64,000 nt of DNA from an uncultured Bacteroidaceae bacterium (GCA_944320785.1 CALUIR010000006.1:6192-70191), one strand, 5' to 3'; positions 9,562 to 19,656 are shown, numbered from the stretch's first letter. Notes: generated by a model from the sequence alone, not told the origin. Made by a program: numbers and translations.

Positions 9562-10416
9562 ATGGCAGGAAGTGTTTCTGGTGCTTTCTTCAAGTCGAGA
9601 TCTTTGTTAGGATGCATCTCTGTGTCATTCAAGTTTTTGAGCGACAATTTGCTGCAGCTTCTGAAGTGGGGCGTTGCGTTGTTGCTGCCTGTTGCGCTCG
9701 TGTCTGCGCTGTATGGGCTGTTGCGGAGCATGGCCGTTTTTGAAAGTACGGGTGTTTTGTGGGCGGGCATTGTGTCGTGCCTTTTCTGCATAGCGGGATA
9801 CTTCTGCTTCACTGCCCTCATTTATGCCTTTCTGAAACGTTTCTCGCAGGACGGCGCATTGCCGGCTTTTTCCTTGAAGGAAGTGGGAAGATGGGTGGCT
9901 CCTGAATTGAAGCGCGTGTCCGTGTCAGGCCTGTTCATCCTGGTGGTGCTGGCATTGTGCGCGGCGGTTGTCTTCTTGCTTTGCCGATGGTCGGTTTACA
10001 CCTTGTTTGCGTCAGTGCCTGTTTTGGTTGTATGCTTGTTGCCCTTGTGGGGTTATATGATGAACATATACGTGTGGGAGGATGTGTCTTTCGGGAAAGC
10101 CCTTGCCAAATCTTTCCGTCTGGGTTTCTCTACTTGGGGTACTTTGCTGGCTGTTGCACTGGTTTCCTTGGGAGTAGCCGTGTGGGTGCAGGTGGTTTTT
10201 GCTTTGCCCTTCGTTTTGAGCAGCTTGGCTTTTGGCGCATCGGTCTCATCCGCTTCCGGGGAATTGCCCTCATTTTTCCCTGTTCTGGTGTTTGTGTTTT
10301 CTTTCATCGCGGTTTGTGCCGTTTATTTCTCTATGGCGGTGATGGTTGTGTTCAGCGCATTCCAATACGGCAGTGCGGAAACGTGCCGCAAAGAGCGTTT
10401 GACAGAAACGGCGTGA
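9562..10416 (+). CDS. Polytopic inner-membrane protein, function unknown
   Basis: At least six hydrophobic helices across 284 aa. No catalytic motif recognised. Confidence 0.55.
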   Translation: MAGSVSGAFFKSRSLLGCISVSFKFLSDNLLQLLKWGVALLLPVALVSALYGLLRSMAVFESTGVLWAGIVSCLFCIAGYFCFTALIYAFLKRFSQDGALPAFSLKEVGRWVAPELKRVSVSGLFILVVLALCAAVVFLLCRWSVYTLFASVPVLVVCLLPLWGYMMNIYVWEDVSFGKALAKSFRLGFSTWGTLLAVALVSLGVAVWVQVVFALPFVLSSLAFGASVSSASGELPSFFPVLVFVFSFIAVCAVYFSMAVMVVFSAFQYGSAETCRKERLTETA

Positions 10417-10465
10417 TTTGTTTTCATGCATGGCGTGCCGATGCTGGCTTTCGGTGTCCCTTCCC

Positions 10466-11299
10466 TTATTTGCGGTAGTATTTGCGGTAAAGGCGGTTGT
10501 AAGCCTCGGTGTGCAGGAAGGAATCCAGCCATGCATTCAAGGAATCCAGCAGTTCGGTGGATTGTTTCCTTACACCCCATGCGTAAAATTGGGTGAAGCT
10601 GATGTCGGTTGTGAGGTCTAATTGCGGCAACGAGTCGGCAAGGGCATGGGCAATCTTCTCATCGCATACGGCATAGTCGATGTCGCCATGCGCCACCAAG
10701 GCCACCAATTGCTCAGGCCCGTATTTGTCTATTTCATTCACATAGATTGTGTCTCCTATTTCATGGCTTAGGTTGCGCAGGCGGAGCAAGGTGGGCGAGC
10801 CTTTGGCGACATGGATTGTTTCGTGTGCCAATGCAAGCTGGTTGGCGATGAATGTGGAGTCGTTCCCGTTTTTCTTTCTTTGCACGAGGATGTCTTTGCT
10901 CAAAAGGATGGGGTGGGTCAGGGCAATGGTGTCTTTCAGTTCGCTGGTGGCAAGCAGATTGCAGGCAATGAGGTCAAAGATTCCTTCATTCAGCCCTTTT
11001 GTCCGTTCTTCAAAATCCATCACGGGTCGGATGTTTGCACGCAGCCCTTTGCTGTTGGCAAAGGCTTGGATGAGTTCATATTGGAAACCGGCGATGGTGT
11101 CTTTTTCTGCATAGTATCCCAAGGTGTTGTATTCAGTCACTACATTCAATATCCCGTCGCTTTTTATTTCTTTGTAATCCCTTTGCGGGAAAGGCATTTC
11201 TTGAGGGGCTTCCTGGTTTGGGAGCAACAAGGCAATGCAGATGGCTGCAATGACAATGGCGAGGGAATAAATGATGTGCAGGGTGTGTCGTTTCATCAT
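10466..11299 (-). CDS. Membrane-anchored solute-binding (SBP_bac_3 / MltF N-domain-like) protein
   Basis: N-terminal TM helix (IIYSLAIVIAAICIALLL), then a type-3 periplasmic binding fold (GILNVVTEYNTLGYY...GFQYELIQAFA...DLIACNL). The start is taken at the Met after the upstream gene's stop codon. Confidence 0.7.
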   Translation of the reverse strand: MMKRHTLHIIYSLAIVIAAICIALLLPNQEAPQEMPFPQRDYKEIKSDGILNVVTEYNTLGYYAEKDTIAGFQYELIQAFANSKGLRANIRPVMDFEERTKGLNEGIFDLIACNLLATSELKDTIALTHPILLSKDILVQRKKNGNDSTFIANQLALAHETIHVAKGSPTLLRLRNLSHEIGDTIYVNEIDKYGPEQLVALVAHGDIDYAVCDEKIAHALADSLPQLDLTTDISFTQFYAWGVRKQSTELLDSLNAWLDSFLHTEAYNRLYRKYYRK

Positions 11300-11306
11300 G
11301 ATGGTG

Positions 11307-13421
11307 TCAGTCAAAGAAGTTCCATGAAATGCCAAACTTGAACATGCGCGGGTTGAGCGGATAGTGGGGCGCCAAGAAGTAATTGGAATTCCCCATCCCT
11401 TGGTTGACGTGGTACATCATGACATAAATGCGCGTGCGTTTCAGATGCAAGTTCAGGTAAACATTGATGAGCGGATAGCCTCCTATTTCAATGAGTTCCT
11501 GTGGATTCTGCGTGCAGAACTGCCCGATGACGGGTGAATATCCGGGTGCATGGTATTTTGTGAAGTAACGCATGTCGGCACCCAATTCCACGCTCAATAC
11601 TTTTTTCGCCAATTTGGCGCTGATGTAGAGGTTGTGGTACAAGTTCAGTTCTGGTAAAGGCAGGACGGTGTTGTCGCTTGATTTTTGGTACGTGATTTCA
11701 TTGTCCAAATGGAAGATGCCTAATTTGAAGTCCTGTTTCAGGGTGGCTGAAAACACTTGGATGTTTTGGGCGGCTTGCTTTACTTGCAGATTGTTACGAT
11801 AACGTGTCGTATTGTTGCTGCCGATGAACGCTTCGTCTGCATTGGCAAAGTAAGTGTAGTTCTTTATGTTCTCGAATCCAGCCATGAGTTGGGTGCGCCA
11901 GCGTTTGACTGCCAGTTTCCCTTCCGCCCGCATGCGGTATTCTTTGGCCAAATGGTTGTTGTCCCACCAATAAAAGTTGGAATGGAAATGGCGGTAATAG
12001 AATCCGGGGTGCAGGCTTTTCACATAGGCGTGCGCATCCAATCGGATGGTGTCTTTGAGCAGGCGGAAATTCAAGTCCATTTTCCCGTCCACTTCAAATT
12101 GCCCGGCATCTTCGCCTAATAAAGCCACTTCGCCCGTCACGTTGTAATGCAGCAGCTTTCCTTCTCTTTTGGCGAACTCTCCCCCGACGGACAGGACGTT
12201 TTCTTTGTATGACCTTTCGGGTATGATGAACCCACGGCTCAACGTGTCGGCAAGCTCGAAACGCCGGAACTCATGGGTGAGGAAACCGGTAAGTCCGGCT
12301 TTGGCCCACGTGCTGAAACCTTCGCGGATGGAGATGCCGATGGTGTTTTTGACGGAAAGGCTTTGGGTGACATCTTCCGTGGAACTCCTATGGAAATAGT
12401 TGTTTACGTATAGGTCTTCCGGGTCATCGCGAGAGATGAACTTCCGTTCGTTTTTGGTGATTTGAAAGGTGTGTATGAAACTTGTGACGGGGACAAATTT
12501 TTCCCCTTTGTTTGCTTTTTCGTTTTCTGCCTCCTGCTCGAAGCCTAAATTATAGCGGTGGGTCAGCAGGATGTCGAATCCTTTGTTGCGGTTCCACGTT
12601 TCCGTCAGGTTGGTCAGGATGTCTGATGGCTGGTAATTCGTTCTTCCTCCGGCCATGTCCAAAGGGTCGGTGATGTAGCGGTCATCAACGATTCCTCCGT
12701 TTTCTGCCATTTTCAGCTTGTTGAAGCTCATGGCAAGGTGAAGGTTGTAGTGGTCGCTGTTGTAGCTTCCGAACAGGCTGCCGTTGAAGAAAGCTGTGGA
12801 CTGGCTTGCGTATTTCCCCCTCCCGTACAGGTAGTCGAATGAGAAGCCGATGCCTAACTTCTTGTTGACGTTCACTGAAAAATAGGCCTTGAAGCGGTCT
12901 TCACCGTCCCGGTTGTTGCCGGACTTGTGGTAAGTGAGGTTCGTGAAAGGTGACTTGGTGTTGGTGAACATCACTTTGTTGAGCGGAAGAATGAAGGCAG
13001 AATATGGGTCGGTGAAAAATTGTTGTGTGGAAGGTGTGCGGTTAAAGAAGATGCGTGATTCCCTTGGCGCTCCCATATTGCCTAGGAAGTTGTATTCACC
13101 GTTATATCCATCGGACAGATTACTGTTCTGGAAGTGATGAAAAAGCGTGTCAACCGGCGTTTCTTTCCGGTTGCCTAATCGTGTGTCGATGTTCCACATG
13201 TGCAGTTCGATGGGGATGGAACTTACATCAATTTCTGTTTCCGTAGAGTCTTCGCTCATCCTGTCCATGTCCCGGTCGCTAAAACTATTGTTCCCCATCT
13301 CGGAATCTCTTTCCATGAGGCGGTCAATGTTTTGTGCGGAGATGGCATCCGGAAACCCGTATCCTGCTAGGAGGAGCAGGCAGATGTATATGATGAATTG
13401 CTTTTTCATAAATCTGCGCAA
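11307..13421 (-). CDS. Large outer-membrane beta-barrel, 'putative porin' family
   Basis: Signal peptide (LLLLAGYGFPDAISAQ). About 700 aa rich in alternating aromatic and polar beta-strand patterns. Ends in F-x-F-like ISWNFFD. Confidence 0.6.
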   Translation of the reverse strand: MRRFMKKQFIIYICLLLLAGYGFPDAISAQNIDRLMERDSEMGNNSFSDRDMDRMSEDSTETEIDVSSIPIELHMWNIDTRLGNRKETPVDTLFHHFQNSNLSDGYNGEYNFLGNMGAPRESRIFFNRTPSTQQFFTDPYSAFILPLNKVMFTNTKSPFTNLTYHKSGNNRDGEDRFKAYFSVNVNKKLGIGFSFDYLYGRGKYASQSTAFFNGSLFGSYNSDHYNLHLAMSFNKLKMAENGGIVDDRYITDPLDMAGGRTNYQPSDILTNLTETWNRNKGFDILLTHRYNLGFEQEAENEKANKGEKFVPVTSFIHTFQITKNERKFISRDDPEDLYVNNYFHRSSTEDVTQSLSVKNTIGISIREGFSTWAKAGLTGFLTHEFRRFELADTLSRGFIIPERSYKENVLSVGGEFAKREGKLLHYNVTGEVALLGEDAGQFEVDGKMDLNFRLLKDTIRLDAHAYVKSLHPGFYYRHFHSNFYWWDNNHLAKEYRMRAEGKLAVKRWRTQLMAGFENIKNYTYFANADEAFIGSNNTTRYRNNLQVKQAAQNIQVFSATLKQDFKLGIFHLDNEITYQKSSDNTVLPLPELNLYHNLYISAKLAKKVLSVELGADMRYFTKYHAPGYSPVIGQFCTQNPQELIEIGGYPLINVYLNLHLKRTRIYVMMYHVNQGMGNSNYFLAPHYPLNPRMFKFGISWNFFD

Positions 13422-13430
13422 ATATACAAT

Positions 13431-13466
13431 AAAAAAATCCTTTGCAGGGTTTGCAAAGGATTTTTA
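13431..13466 (-). terminator. Terminator of the 2-oxoacid oxidoreductase operon
   Basis: A 10-bp perfect stem ATCCTTTGCA (13437-13446) / TGCAAAGGAT (13452-13461) is flanked by A and T runs. Confidence 0.65.
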
Positions 13467-13486
13467 ATGCAATTTGAGCTATTATG

Positions 13487-14029
13487 TCATTGCAAATGAA
13501 TGATTTCCATTCCTTTCAGAATAGCCGCTTCATTCATGGGCAACAAATGGTGATGGCGTTCAGGCAACGTTTTCTTCAAACCTTTCATGACACTGTCTAT
13601 GTTAACAATAGGTTGCACTTTCAGCAACCCTCCTAATACAATCATATTGAACGCTTTTGAGTTGTTCATTTCGTTGGCGGCATCCATGGCATCGATGCGG
13701 TAGATTTGTATGTCTTTCCGGGTGGGAGGATGGATGATGCCGTAGCCGTCATAAATAAGGATGCCTCCGGGTTTCACTTTGCTTTCAAACTTTTCTAGGG
13801 AAGGCTGGTTCAGGATGATGGCGGCATCATAGGAACTGAGGATGGGGGATGATATTTTCTCATCGCTGATGATTACCGTTACATTGGCAGTGCCTCCTCG
13901 TTGCTCAGGGCCGTATGCTGGCATCCAAGTCACTTCTTTGTTTTCCATTAATCCGGAATAGGCCAATATCTTGCCCATGGACAATACGCCCTGTCCTCCG
14001 AAACCTGATATGATAATTTCTTCTTTCAT
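13487..14029 (-). CDS. 2-oxoacid:ferredoxin oxidoreductase, gamma subunit
   Basis: GFGGQGVLSMGKILA...PEQRGGTA is the typical gamma-subunit signature. Confidence 0.85.
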   Translation of the reverse strand: MKEEIIISGFGGQGVLSMGKILAYSGLMENKEVTWMPAYGPEQRGGTANVTVIISDEKISSPILSSYDAAIILNQPSLEKFESKVKPGGILIYDGYGIIHPPTRKDIQIYRIDAMDAANEMNNSKAFNMIVLGGLLKVQPIVNIDSVMKGLKKTLPERHHHLLPMNEAAILKGMEIIHLQ

Positions 14030-14049
14030 GGTTGTTGCATTGTAATGGG

Positions 14050-14814
14050 TTATTGCTTGTCTTTCAAATCACCGAGCGGATAGAACGGGAACATGTGTTC
14101 TTCCATCCATTTGTTGGCTGCTTCCGGCGACATTTTCCATCCGGAATTGCAGGTTGACACGATTTCCACCAAGTTGGAGCCTTTGCCGTTCATGGAGTTT
14201 TCGAATGCTTTCCGAATGGCCTTCTTGGCTTTCCTGATGGCGGGGACGCTATGCACGGATTGGCGTGTGACGTAGGCCGTGCCTTCCAAAGTCGCTGCAA
14301 TTTCTGTCATTTTCAACGGGTAGCCGTGCAGATGCACATCTCGTCCGTAAGGGCAGGTGGATGTTTTCATGCCGACCAGCGTGGTGGGTGCCATTTGTCC
14401 TCCCGTCATGCCGTAAATGGCATTGTTGATGAATATGATGGTGATGTTTTCTCCTCGGTTCAAGGCATGGATGGTTTCGGCAGTGCCGATGCATGCCAAG
14501 TCACCATCGCCTTGATAGGTGAACACCAAGCGGTCCGGCCACAAGCGTTTCATGGCAGTGGCTACGGCTGGCGCCCGTCCGTGGGCTGCTTCTTCCCAAT
14601 CGATGTCTAAATAGTTATAGATGAATACGGCACAGCCTACGGGCGAAACGCCGATAGCTTTTTCTTCCAATCCCATTTCCTCGATGACTTCGGCAATCAG
14701 TTTGTGTACCACGCCGTGGCTGCATCCCGGGCAATAGTGCATGGGATTATCGTTCATCAAAGTGGGCTTTTGGTAAACTAGGTTCTCAGGTCTTATAATT
14801 TCTTCTTTAGTCAT
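14050..14814 (-). CDS. 2-oxoacid:ferredoxin oxidoreductase, beta (TPP-binding) subunit
   Basis: YCPGCSHG..., GDGD(L)...IGTAE..., NNAIYGMTGGQ TPP motif. The start is at the internal Met MTKEEII (14814). Confidence 0.9.
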   Translation of the reverse strand: MTKEEIIRPENLVYQKPTLMNDNPMHYCPGCSHGVVHKLIAEVIEEMGLEEKAIGVSPVGCAVFIYNYLDIDWEEAAHGRAPAVATAMKRLWPDRLVFTYQGDGDLACIGTAETIHALNRGENITIIFINNAIYGMTGGQMAPTTLVGMKTSTCPYGRDVHLHGYPLKMTEIAATLEGTAYVTRQSVHSVPAIRKAKKAIRKAFENSMNGKGSNLVEIVSTCNSGWKMSPEAANKWMEEHMFPFYPLGDLKDKQ

Positions 14815-14831
14815 AATTTCTTCTCCTATGT

Positions 14832-14999
14832 TTATCGGGTGAATCGAATGAAGAATTCCATGAGTTTCACGGCTAAGGCTGTGCCGCACACGTATAAGAA
14901 TGGGTGTTTATCGTCCATTGCAAAATAGAGGATGACGGACACAACGGCCAGCACGATGAAAACAATATTCAGTATGGTCCTTATTTTATTCGTTTCCAT
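14832..14999 (-). CDS. Possible 55-aa membrane peptide inside the oxidoreductase operon (not in the ORF track)
   Basis: ATG at 14999-14997, TAA at 14834-14832. Translation METNKIRTILNIVFIVLAVVSVILYFAMDDKHPFLYVCGTALAVKLMEFFIRFTR. It exactly fills the gap between the alpha and beta subunit genes. Confidence 0.3.
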   Translation of the reverse strand: METNKIRTILNIVFIVLAVVSVILYFAMDDKHPFLYVCGTALAVKLMEFFIRFTR

Positions 15000-15003
15000 C
15001 CAA

Positions 15004-16086
15004 TTATTTAATTAATTTTTCTTTGATTGCATGAACCACTTCATCAGGGTCTGGGACGATGCCACCCAAGCGGCCGAAATGTTCCACTCTGACTTTCCCG
15101 TTGACGGCCAGACGGATGTCTTCTACCATTTGTCCTGCGTTGAGTTCCACAGAAAGCATTCCTTTCACTTTCCCGGCATATTCAGCAATGATTTTCTTTG
15201 GGAACGGCCATAGTGTGATGGGGCGGAGCAAGCCGACCTTGATGCCTTCTTCCCTTGCTGTTTCCATGGCTTTTTGTGCGATGCGTGAGCAGGAACCGAA
15301 TGCGACAATCAGATAGTCGGCATCTTCGCAATGAATTTCCTCGTAGCGTACTTCGTTTTCTTCAATCGTCCTGTACTTTTCTTGCAGATGGATGTTGCGT
15401 GCCTCCATCACATCGGGTTTCAGTTCTAATGAGGTGATAATATTGGGTTTCCGTCCTTTGTTTCTTCCGTTGGCAGCCCATGGGCATTGCCGGATGATTT
15501 CTTCTTCTGTGCGGCGGGGCTTTTGTGGCGGCAGCACTACTTTTTCCATCATCTGCCCGATGACGCCATCGGCAAGGATGATGGCAGGATTGCGGTATTT
15601 GAATGCCAATTCAAAGCCTAATTCCACGAAGTCGGCCATTTCTTGCACAGAATTGGGCGCGAGTGCTATCAGCCGGTAATCGCCATGTCCCCCTCCTTTG
15701 ACGGTCTGGAAATAATCTGCTTGGCTGGGTTGTATGGTGCCAAGCCCTGGGCCTCCGCGCATGACATTTACAATGAGGCAGGGAAGTTCTGCGCCGGCGA
15801 TATAGGAAATGCCTTCTTGTTTGAGGCTTACTCCGGGGCTTGAGGACGATGTCATGACCATTTTCCCGGTGCCTGCGCCGCCATACACCATGTTGATGGC
15901 GGCCAGTTCGCTTTCGGCTTGCAACACGACCATGCCGGTTGTTTCCCATGGTTTCAGTTCTGCAAGTGTTTCCAAAACTTCGGATTGGGGAGTGATAGGA
16001 TAGCCGAAGTAGCCATCTGCTCCGCAGCGGATGGCGGCATGTGCGATGGCTTCGTTTCCTTTCATTAATACTATTTCTTCTGCCAT
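15004..16086 (-). CDS. 2-oxoacid:ferredoxin oxidoreductase, alpha subunit
   Basis: MKGNEAIAHAAIRCGADGYFGYPITPQSE... is the canonical POR/KOR alpha N-terminus. Confidence 0.9.
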   Translation of the reverse strand: MAEEIVLMKGNEAIAHAAIRCGADGYFGYPITPQSEVLETLAELKPWETTGMVVLQAESELAAINMVYGGAGTGKMVMTSSSSPGVSLKQEGISYIAGAELPCLIVNVMRGGPGLGTIQPSQADYFQTVKGGGHGDYRLIALAPNSVQEMADFVELGFELAFKYRNPAIILADGVIGQMMEKVVLPPQKPRRTEEEIIRQCPWAANGRNKGRKPNIITSLELKPDVMEARNIHLQEKYRTIEENEVRYEEIHCEDADYLIVAFGSCSRIAQKAMETAREEGIKVGLLRPITLWPFPKKIIAEYAGKVKGMLSVELNAGQMVEDIRLAVNGKVRVEHFGRLGGIVPDPDEVVHAIKEKLIK

Positions 16087-16114
16087 ATTCGTTGGATATT
16101 ATGAATTCTTGATA

Positions 16115-16351
16115 TTAAGCATTTTCTACTTTGACTTTGTACACGGAAATGCATCCGTCGGGGCAAACCGTTGCGCATGACGCGCAGCCGTTACAAGTGT
16201 CTTCCAAAACCTGTTGCGCGAAGTTGTAACCTTTAATGTTCACTTCCTTTTTCGTCAGGGATAATACGTGGAGCGGGCATGCAACCACGCAGAGGTTGCA
16301 TCCTTTGCACCGTTCCGTGTTCACGACAATTGCGCCTTTGAATTTAGCCAT
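16115..16351 (-). CDS. 4Fe-4S dicluster ferredoxin (delta subunit)
   Basis: Two CxxCxxCxxxCP motifs: CKGCNLCVVACP and CNGCASCATVCP. Confidence 0.88.
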   Translation of the reverse strand: MAKFKGAIVVNTERCKGCNLCVVACPLHVLSLTKKEVNIKGYNFAQQVLEDTCNGCASCATVCPDGCISVYKVKVENA

Positions 16352-16362
16352 AGTTATTACGT

Positions 16363-16638
16363 TTATTGGTTGTACATATCTTTATTATAAAAGTTCAGTA
16401 TATCCATGAGCATGTTTTTTGCCTGCAGGGCGGGGCTGCCGGGATTGATTTCTATGGCAGCCAAGTAATTGTTCAATGCCTGCTGCCAATTTCCTAATTT
16501 GCGGAATGCGTTTCCTCTCAGGTAGTATGCTTCATCACAAGAGTCGGGACAGGAGGATATGATTGCGTCCAATTCTTCCAGGGCGGTGTTGATATCCCCT
16601 TGGCTGATAAGCATTTTGATATTGTTTAAAGGTCTCAT
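16363..16638 (-). CDS. Small TPR-repeat protein, first gene of the oxidoreductase operon
   Basis: TPR-like AYYLRGNAFRKLGNWQQALNNYLAAIEINP. Confidence 0.6.
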   Translation of the reverse strand: MRPLNNIKMLISQGDINTALEELDAIISSCPDSCDEAYYLRGNAFRKLGNWQQALNNYLAAIEINPGSPALQAKNMLMDILNFYNKDMYNQ

Positions 16639-16665
16639 AGCAGCATTGGCCTATGGATTTTATCA

Positions 16666-16700
16666 CAAAGATAGTTTTTAATTTGTGAAAAAGGAACAAA
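16666..16700 (-). promoter_or_regulatory. Candidate promoter of the TPR/oxidoreductase operon
   Basis: The minus strand reads TATCTTTG (16673-16666), 28 nt upstream of the ATG, with a TTTG at 16700-16697. Confidence 0.35.
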
Positions 16701-16861
16701 GTGACAGAATAATCTGCTCCAACTTTGCATTTTAAGTTTATTTTGCGTGGCATTGCAGGGAGAGAAGGAAAGAATCGGGTTATCGGTTTATTTCTTTCTT
16801 TTTGCTGATAAAGTATTATGGTTTGATAAAAAAGTATTTAAGCATGTGCTTTTGTGTGTAC

Positions 16862-16869
16862 TATTTTTG
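16862..16869 (+). promoter_or_regulatory. Candidate -7 box (TATTTTTG) for the first PUL gene
   Basis: TAnnTTTG match 25 nt upstream of the ATG at 16894. Confidence 0.3.
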
Positions 16870-16893
16870 TAAAGTTGTAATTAATAAAATTGT

Positions 16894-19656
16894 ATGGGTC
16901 AGATAAAATTACTATTTAAGTTTGGACTTTTATGTTTTTTATTTTTCTTGTTCCCTTCATTTGTAGTGAGTCAAGGGCTTTTGACTTTTTTCAAACCCGG
17001 GAATTTGAGATGTGAATATTTGAAATCTCCAATGGGAATTGATGTGCTTCAACCACGTTTGAGTTGGAACATGGTGTCTCGTAGAAATGTATATGGGATG
17101 AGGCAAAGTGCTTATGAAATATTAGTGTCTAGTTCTTTGGATTTGTTGAAAAGGGATGAAGGGGATTTGTGGGATAGCGGATGCGTTTTTTCTGATGAGT
17201 CGGTTAATATAGTTTATGAAGGAAGAACTTTGCGTTCAAATCAGATATGCTATTGGAAAGTACGTGTGCGTGATGAGGCTGGTAATTGGTCACATTGGAG
17301 TGAGCCTTCATTTTGGCGAATGGGGCTTTTCCCTGATGATTGGGATGCTGAATGGATTGGAAGTTCATTAATGGAACAACAAAATGTTGCTTGGAAGCCA
17401 ATTGATAATAAGATGCAAGACCCTTGGTTTCGCAAAGTGTTTGTGCTGGAGGAGGAAATACAAGATGCAATGATTTATGTGGCTTCTATTGGTTATCATG
17501 AATTATATGTGAATGGTGAGAAAGTGGGAAATGCCGTTCTTTCGCCTTCAGCGACAGATCATAATATTCGCGCACGCTATATGTCCTATGATGTTACCCG
17601 TTTTTTAAATCCGGGAAAGAATGTCATAGCACTGTGGTTGGGGACTTCTTGGTCAATATTCCCGGCTTATCAGCGTGTAGGAGAGCCAGCCATCCCAATG
17701 GCATTGGTGCAAGCAGAAATCGCGTTCCATGAAAATAAGAAAATGCGACTTGTCTCAGATGAAACATGGAAGGTGCATGCTAGTCCTAATGCTTTGATTG
17801 GATACTGGGATGCTCATCATTTTGGTGGTGAGTTTTACGATGCTTTTTTGGAGCATCCGGGATGGAATACTCCGGAATTTGATGATTCAGAGTGGATGTT
17901 CGCCAAAGTTTACAGGCCTAAGGTTATGGTATCGGCAGACAGAACCCAGCCGAATCGTTTGTTGAAGGAAATAAAGCCGTTGTCTGTTCGTAAAATTAGA
18001 TCCGGGACTTATAGGGTTGATATGGGAGTCAATTATGCTGGATGGTTTGAAATGCAATTTGCTGGAAATCCAGGAGATACGGTTGTTTTTATGTTTTCAG
18101 AAAGTGAAAAGGATTCTATTACTTTTGGCATTCATAGCATTTATAAAATTGGCAATACGGGACATGGAAAATTTTGTAATCGTTTTAATTACATGACAGG
18201 GCGTTGGGTGCAAATTAGTGGATTGAGATCAGAGCCGAAGTTGGAAGATATTCGGGGTTGGATGATTCGTCCAGATTATCATCGTGCCGGCCATTTTGAA
18301 TGTGATATTCCTCTTCTGAATGAAATATATGAGACGGCTTTGTGGACATTTGAGAATTTGAGTATAGGTAATTATGTGGTTGATTGCCCTCATCGTGAGC
18401 GCCGTGGCTATGGTGGAGATGCTTTGGCAACAACACGGATGGCTTTAGGTAATTATGATTTAGGAGCATTTTATACGAAATGGATGGAAGATTGGCGGGA
18501 TGTGCAGCAAGAAGATGGTAATGTCCCTTATACGGCTCCTACGATGCTAGGTGGTGGGGGACCGTCATGGAGTGGATATTGTATTACATTGCCTTGGGAA
18601 ATGTATAGGCAATACGGGGATATTCGTATTTTAGAAGAAAGTTTCCCGATTATTAAAAAGTGGCTTTCTTTTGTGGATACACATTCTGAAAATAATATGT
18701 TGGTGAGGTGGGGAGGAAAATGGAGCTTTCTTGGAGATTGGCTTTGGCCATCGTCTTGGCCAGAACGTAAAGCTATGGAAAGTCAGGGGAAAGCTTTAGG
18801 GGATACTCGTGAAACATTGTTTTTTAATAATTGCCATTGGATATATAGTTTGGAAATAGCAGCTTCCATTGCGGAGATATTAGGAGAAAATCAGGCGGCC
18901 ATTGATTATAGGAAAAGATCTGCAGAGATAAGAGGAACTGTTCATACGGCTTTTTATAATGCAGATGATAATAGTTATGTCAATGGTTATCCTGCTTATT
19001 TGGCCATGGCTTTAATGGTGGATTTGCCTCCATTAGTTTTGAGGGAGAAGGTATGGGGACGTTTAGTAGAGGAAATCCAAGTTAATCGGAAAGGGCATTT
19101 TTGGGGTGGAATAACAGCCGGCGCATTTTTGTTTTATACTTTATTGGATAATAATTATAATGAGCTTATTTATGAGATGGTGACAAAAGAAGGTTTTCCA
19201 GGGTGGAATTATATGCTTAAATGTGGAAATGGAACTTTTTTTGAGGATTGGGAATGTCGTGGATCGGCTTTGCATAGTTCCTATTTATATGTAGGTAGTT
19301 GGTTTATTGAGGCATTAGGAGGCATTCGACGACCTGATGCTGGTTTTAAGCATTTTGTTATTGAACCATGGATTACTCCTGATGGTCCTCAATGGGTAAG
19401 GTCTGAGTACGAGTCTTTGTATGGAAATATTGTCTCAGAATGGAAATTGTCAGAAAAGAAATTGGACATGAGAGTGGTTGTTCCACCTAATACTACCGCT
19501 GTTCTGGAGTTGCCCGAAACTTATTTTTCTTCATTGAGCGTAAACGGGGATAGGTTGGAAAAATCAGATTGTGTTGAACAAGTGGCACATCATGAAGGGG
19601 GCTTTTCTTTATTCTTACTTTCGGGAAGTTATGCTTTTTCGGCAATGCGTGAATAG
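16894..19656 (+). CDS. GH78-family alpha-L-rhamnosidase
   Basis: N-terminal LRCEYLKSPMGIDVLQPRLSWN and catalytic-domain DCPHRERRGYGGD are typical of bacterial rhamnosidases. A signal peptide is present. Confidence 0.8.
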   Translation: MGQIKLLFKFGLLCFLFFLFPSFVVSQGLLTFFKPGNLRCEYLKSPMGIDVLQPRLSWNMVSRRNVYGMRQSAYEILVSSSLDLLKRDEGDLWDSGCVFSDESVNIVYEGRTLRSNQICYWKVRVRDEAGNWSHWSEPSFWRMGLFPDDWDAEWIGSSLMEQQNVAWKPIDNKMQDPWFRKVFVLEEEIQDAMIYVASIGYHELYVNGEKVGNAVLSPSATDHNIRARYMSYDVTRFLNPGKNVIALWLGTSWSIFPAYQRVGEPAIPMALVQAEIAFHENKKMRLVSDETWKVHASPNALIGYWDAHHFGGEFYDAFLEHPGWNTPEFDDSEWMFAKVYRPKVMVSADRTQPNRLLKEIKPLSVRKIRSGTYRVDMGVNYAGWFEMQFAGNPGDTVVFMFSESEKDSITFGIHSIYKIGNTGHGKFCNRFNYMTGRWVQISGLRSEPKLEDIRGWMIRPDYHRAGHFECDIPLLNEIYETALWTFENLSIGNYVVDCPHRERRGYGGDALATTRMALGNYDLGAFYTKWMEDWRDVQQEDGNVPYTAPTMLGGGGPSWSGYCITLPWEMYRQYGDIRILEESFPIIKKWLSFVDTHSENNMLVRWGGKWSFLGDWLWPSSWPERKAMESQGKALGDTRETLFFNNCHWIYSLEIAASIAEILGENQAAIDYRKRSAEIRGTVHTAFYNADDNSYVNGYPAYLAMALMVDLPPLVLREKVWGRLVEEIQVNRKGHFWGGITAGAFLFYTLLDNNYNELIYEMVTKEGFPGWNYMLKCGNGTFFEDWECRGSALHSSYLYVGSWFIEALGGIRRPDAGFKHFVIEPWITPDGPQWVRSEYESLYGNIVSEWKLSEKKLDMRVVVPPNTTAVLELPETYFSSLSVNGDRLEKSDCVEQVAHHEGGFSLFLLSGSYAFSAMRE

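Noticed and set aside
9957-10478. A 173-aa alternative-frame ORF overlapping the polytopic membrane protein gene.
   Set aside because: Its translation is Cys/Gly/Arg-rich with no structure. The 9562-10416 frame gives regular TM helices.
16640-16893. A search for att-like direct repeats, tRNA or integrase at the PUL borders (also 49116-49177).
   Set aside because: Only a trivial shared 8-mer (TTTTGTAA) was found. There are no mobility genes, so the PUL is not called a mobile element.
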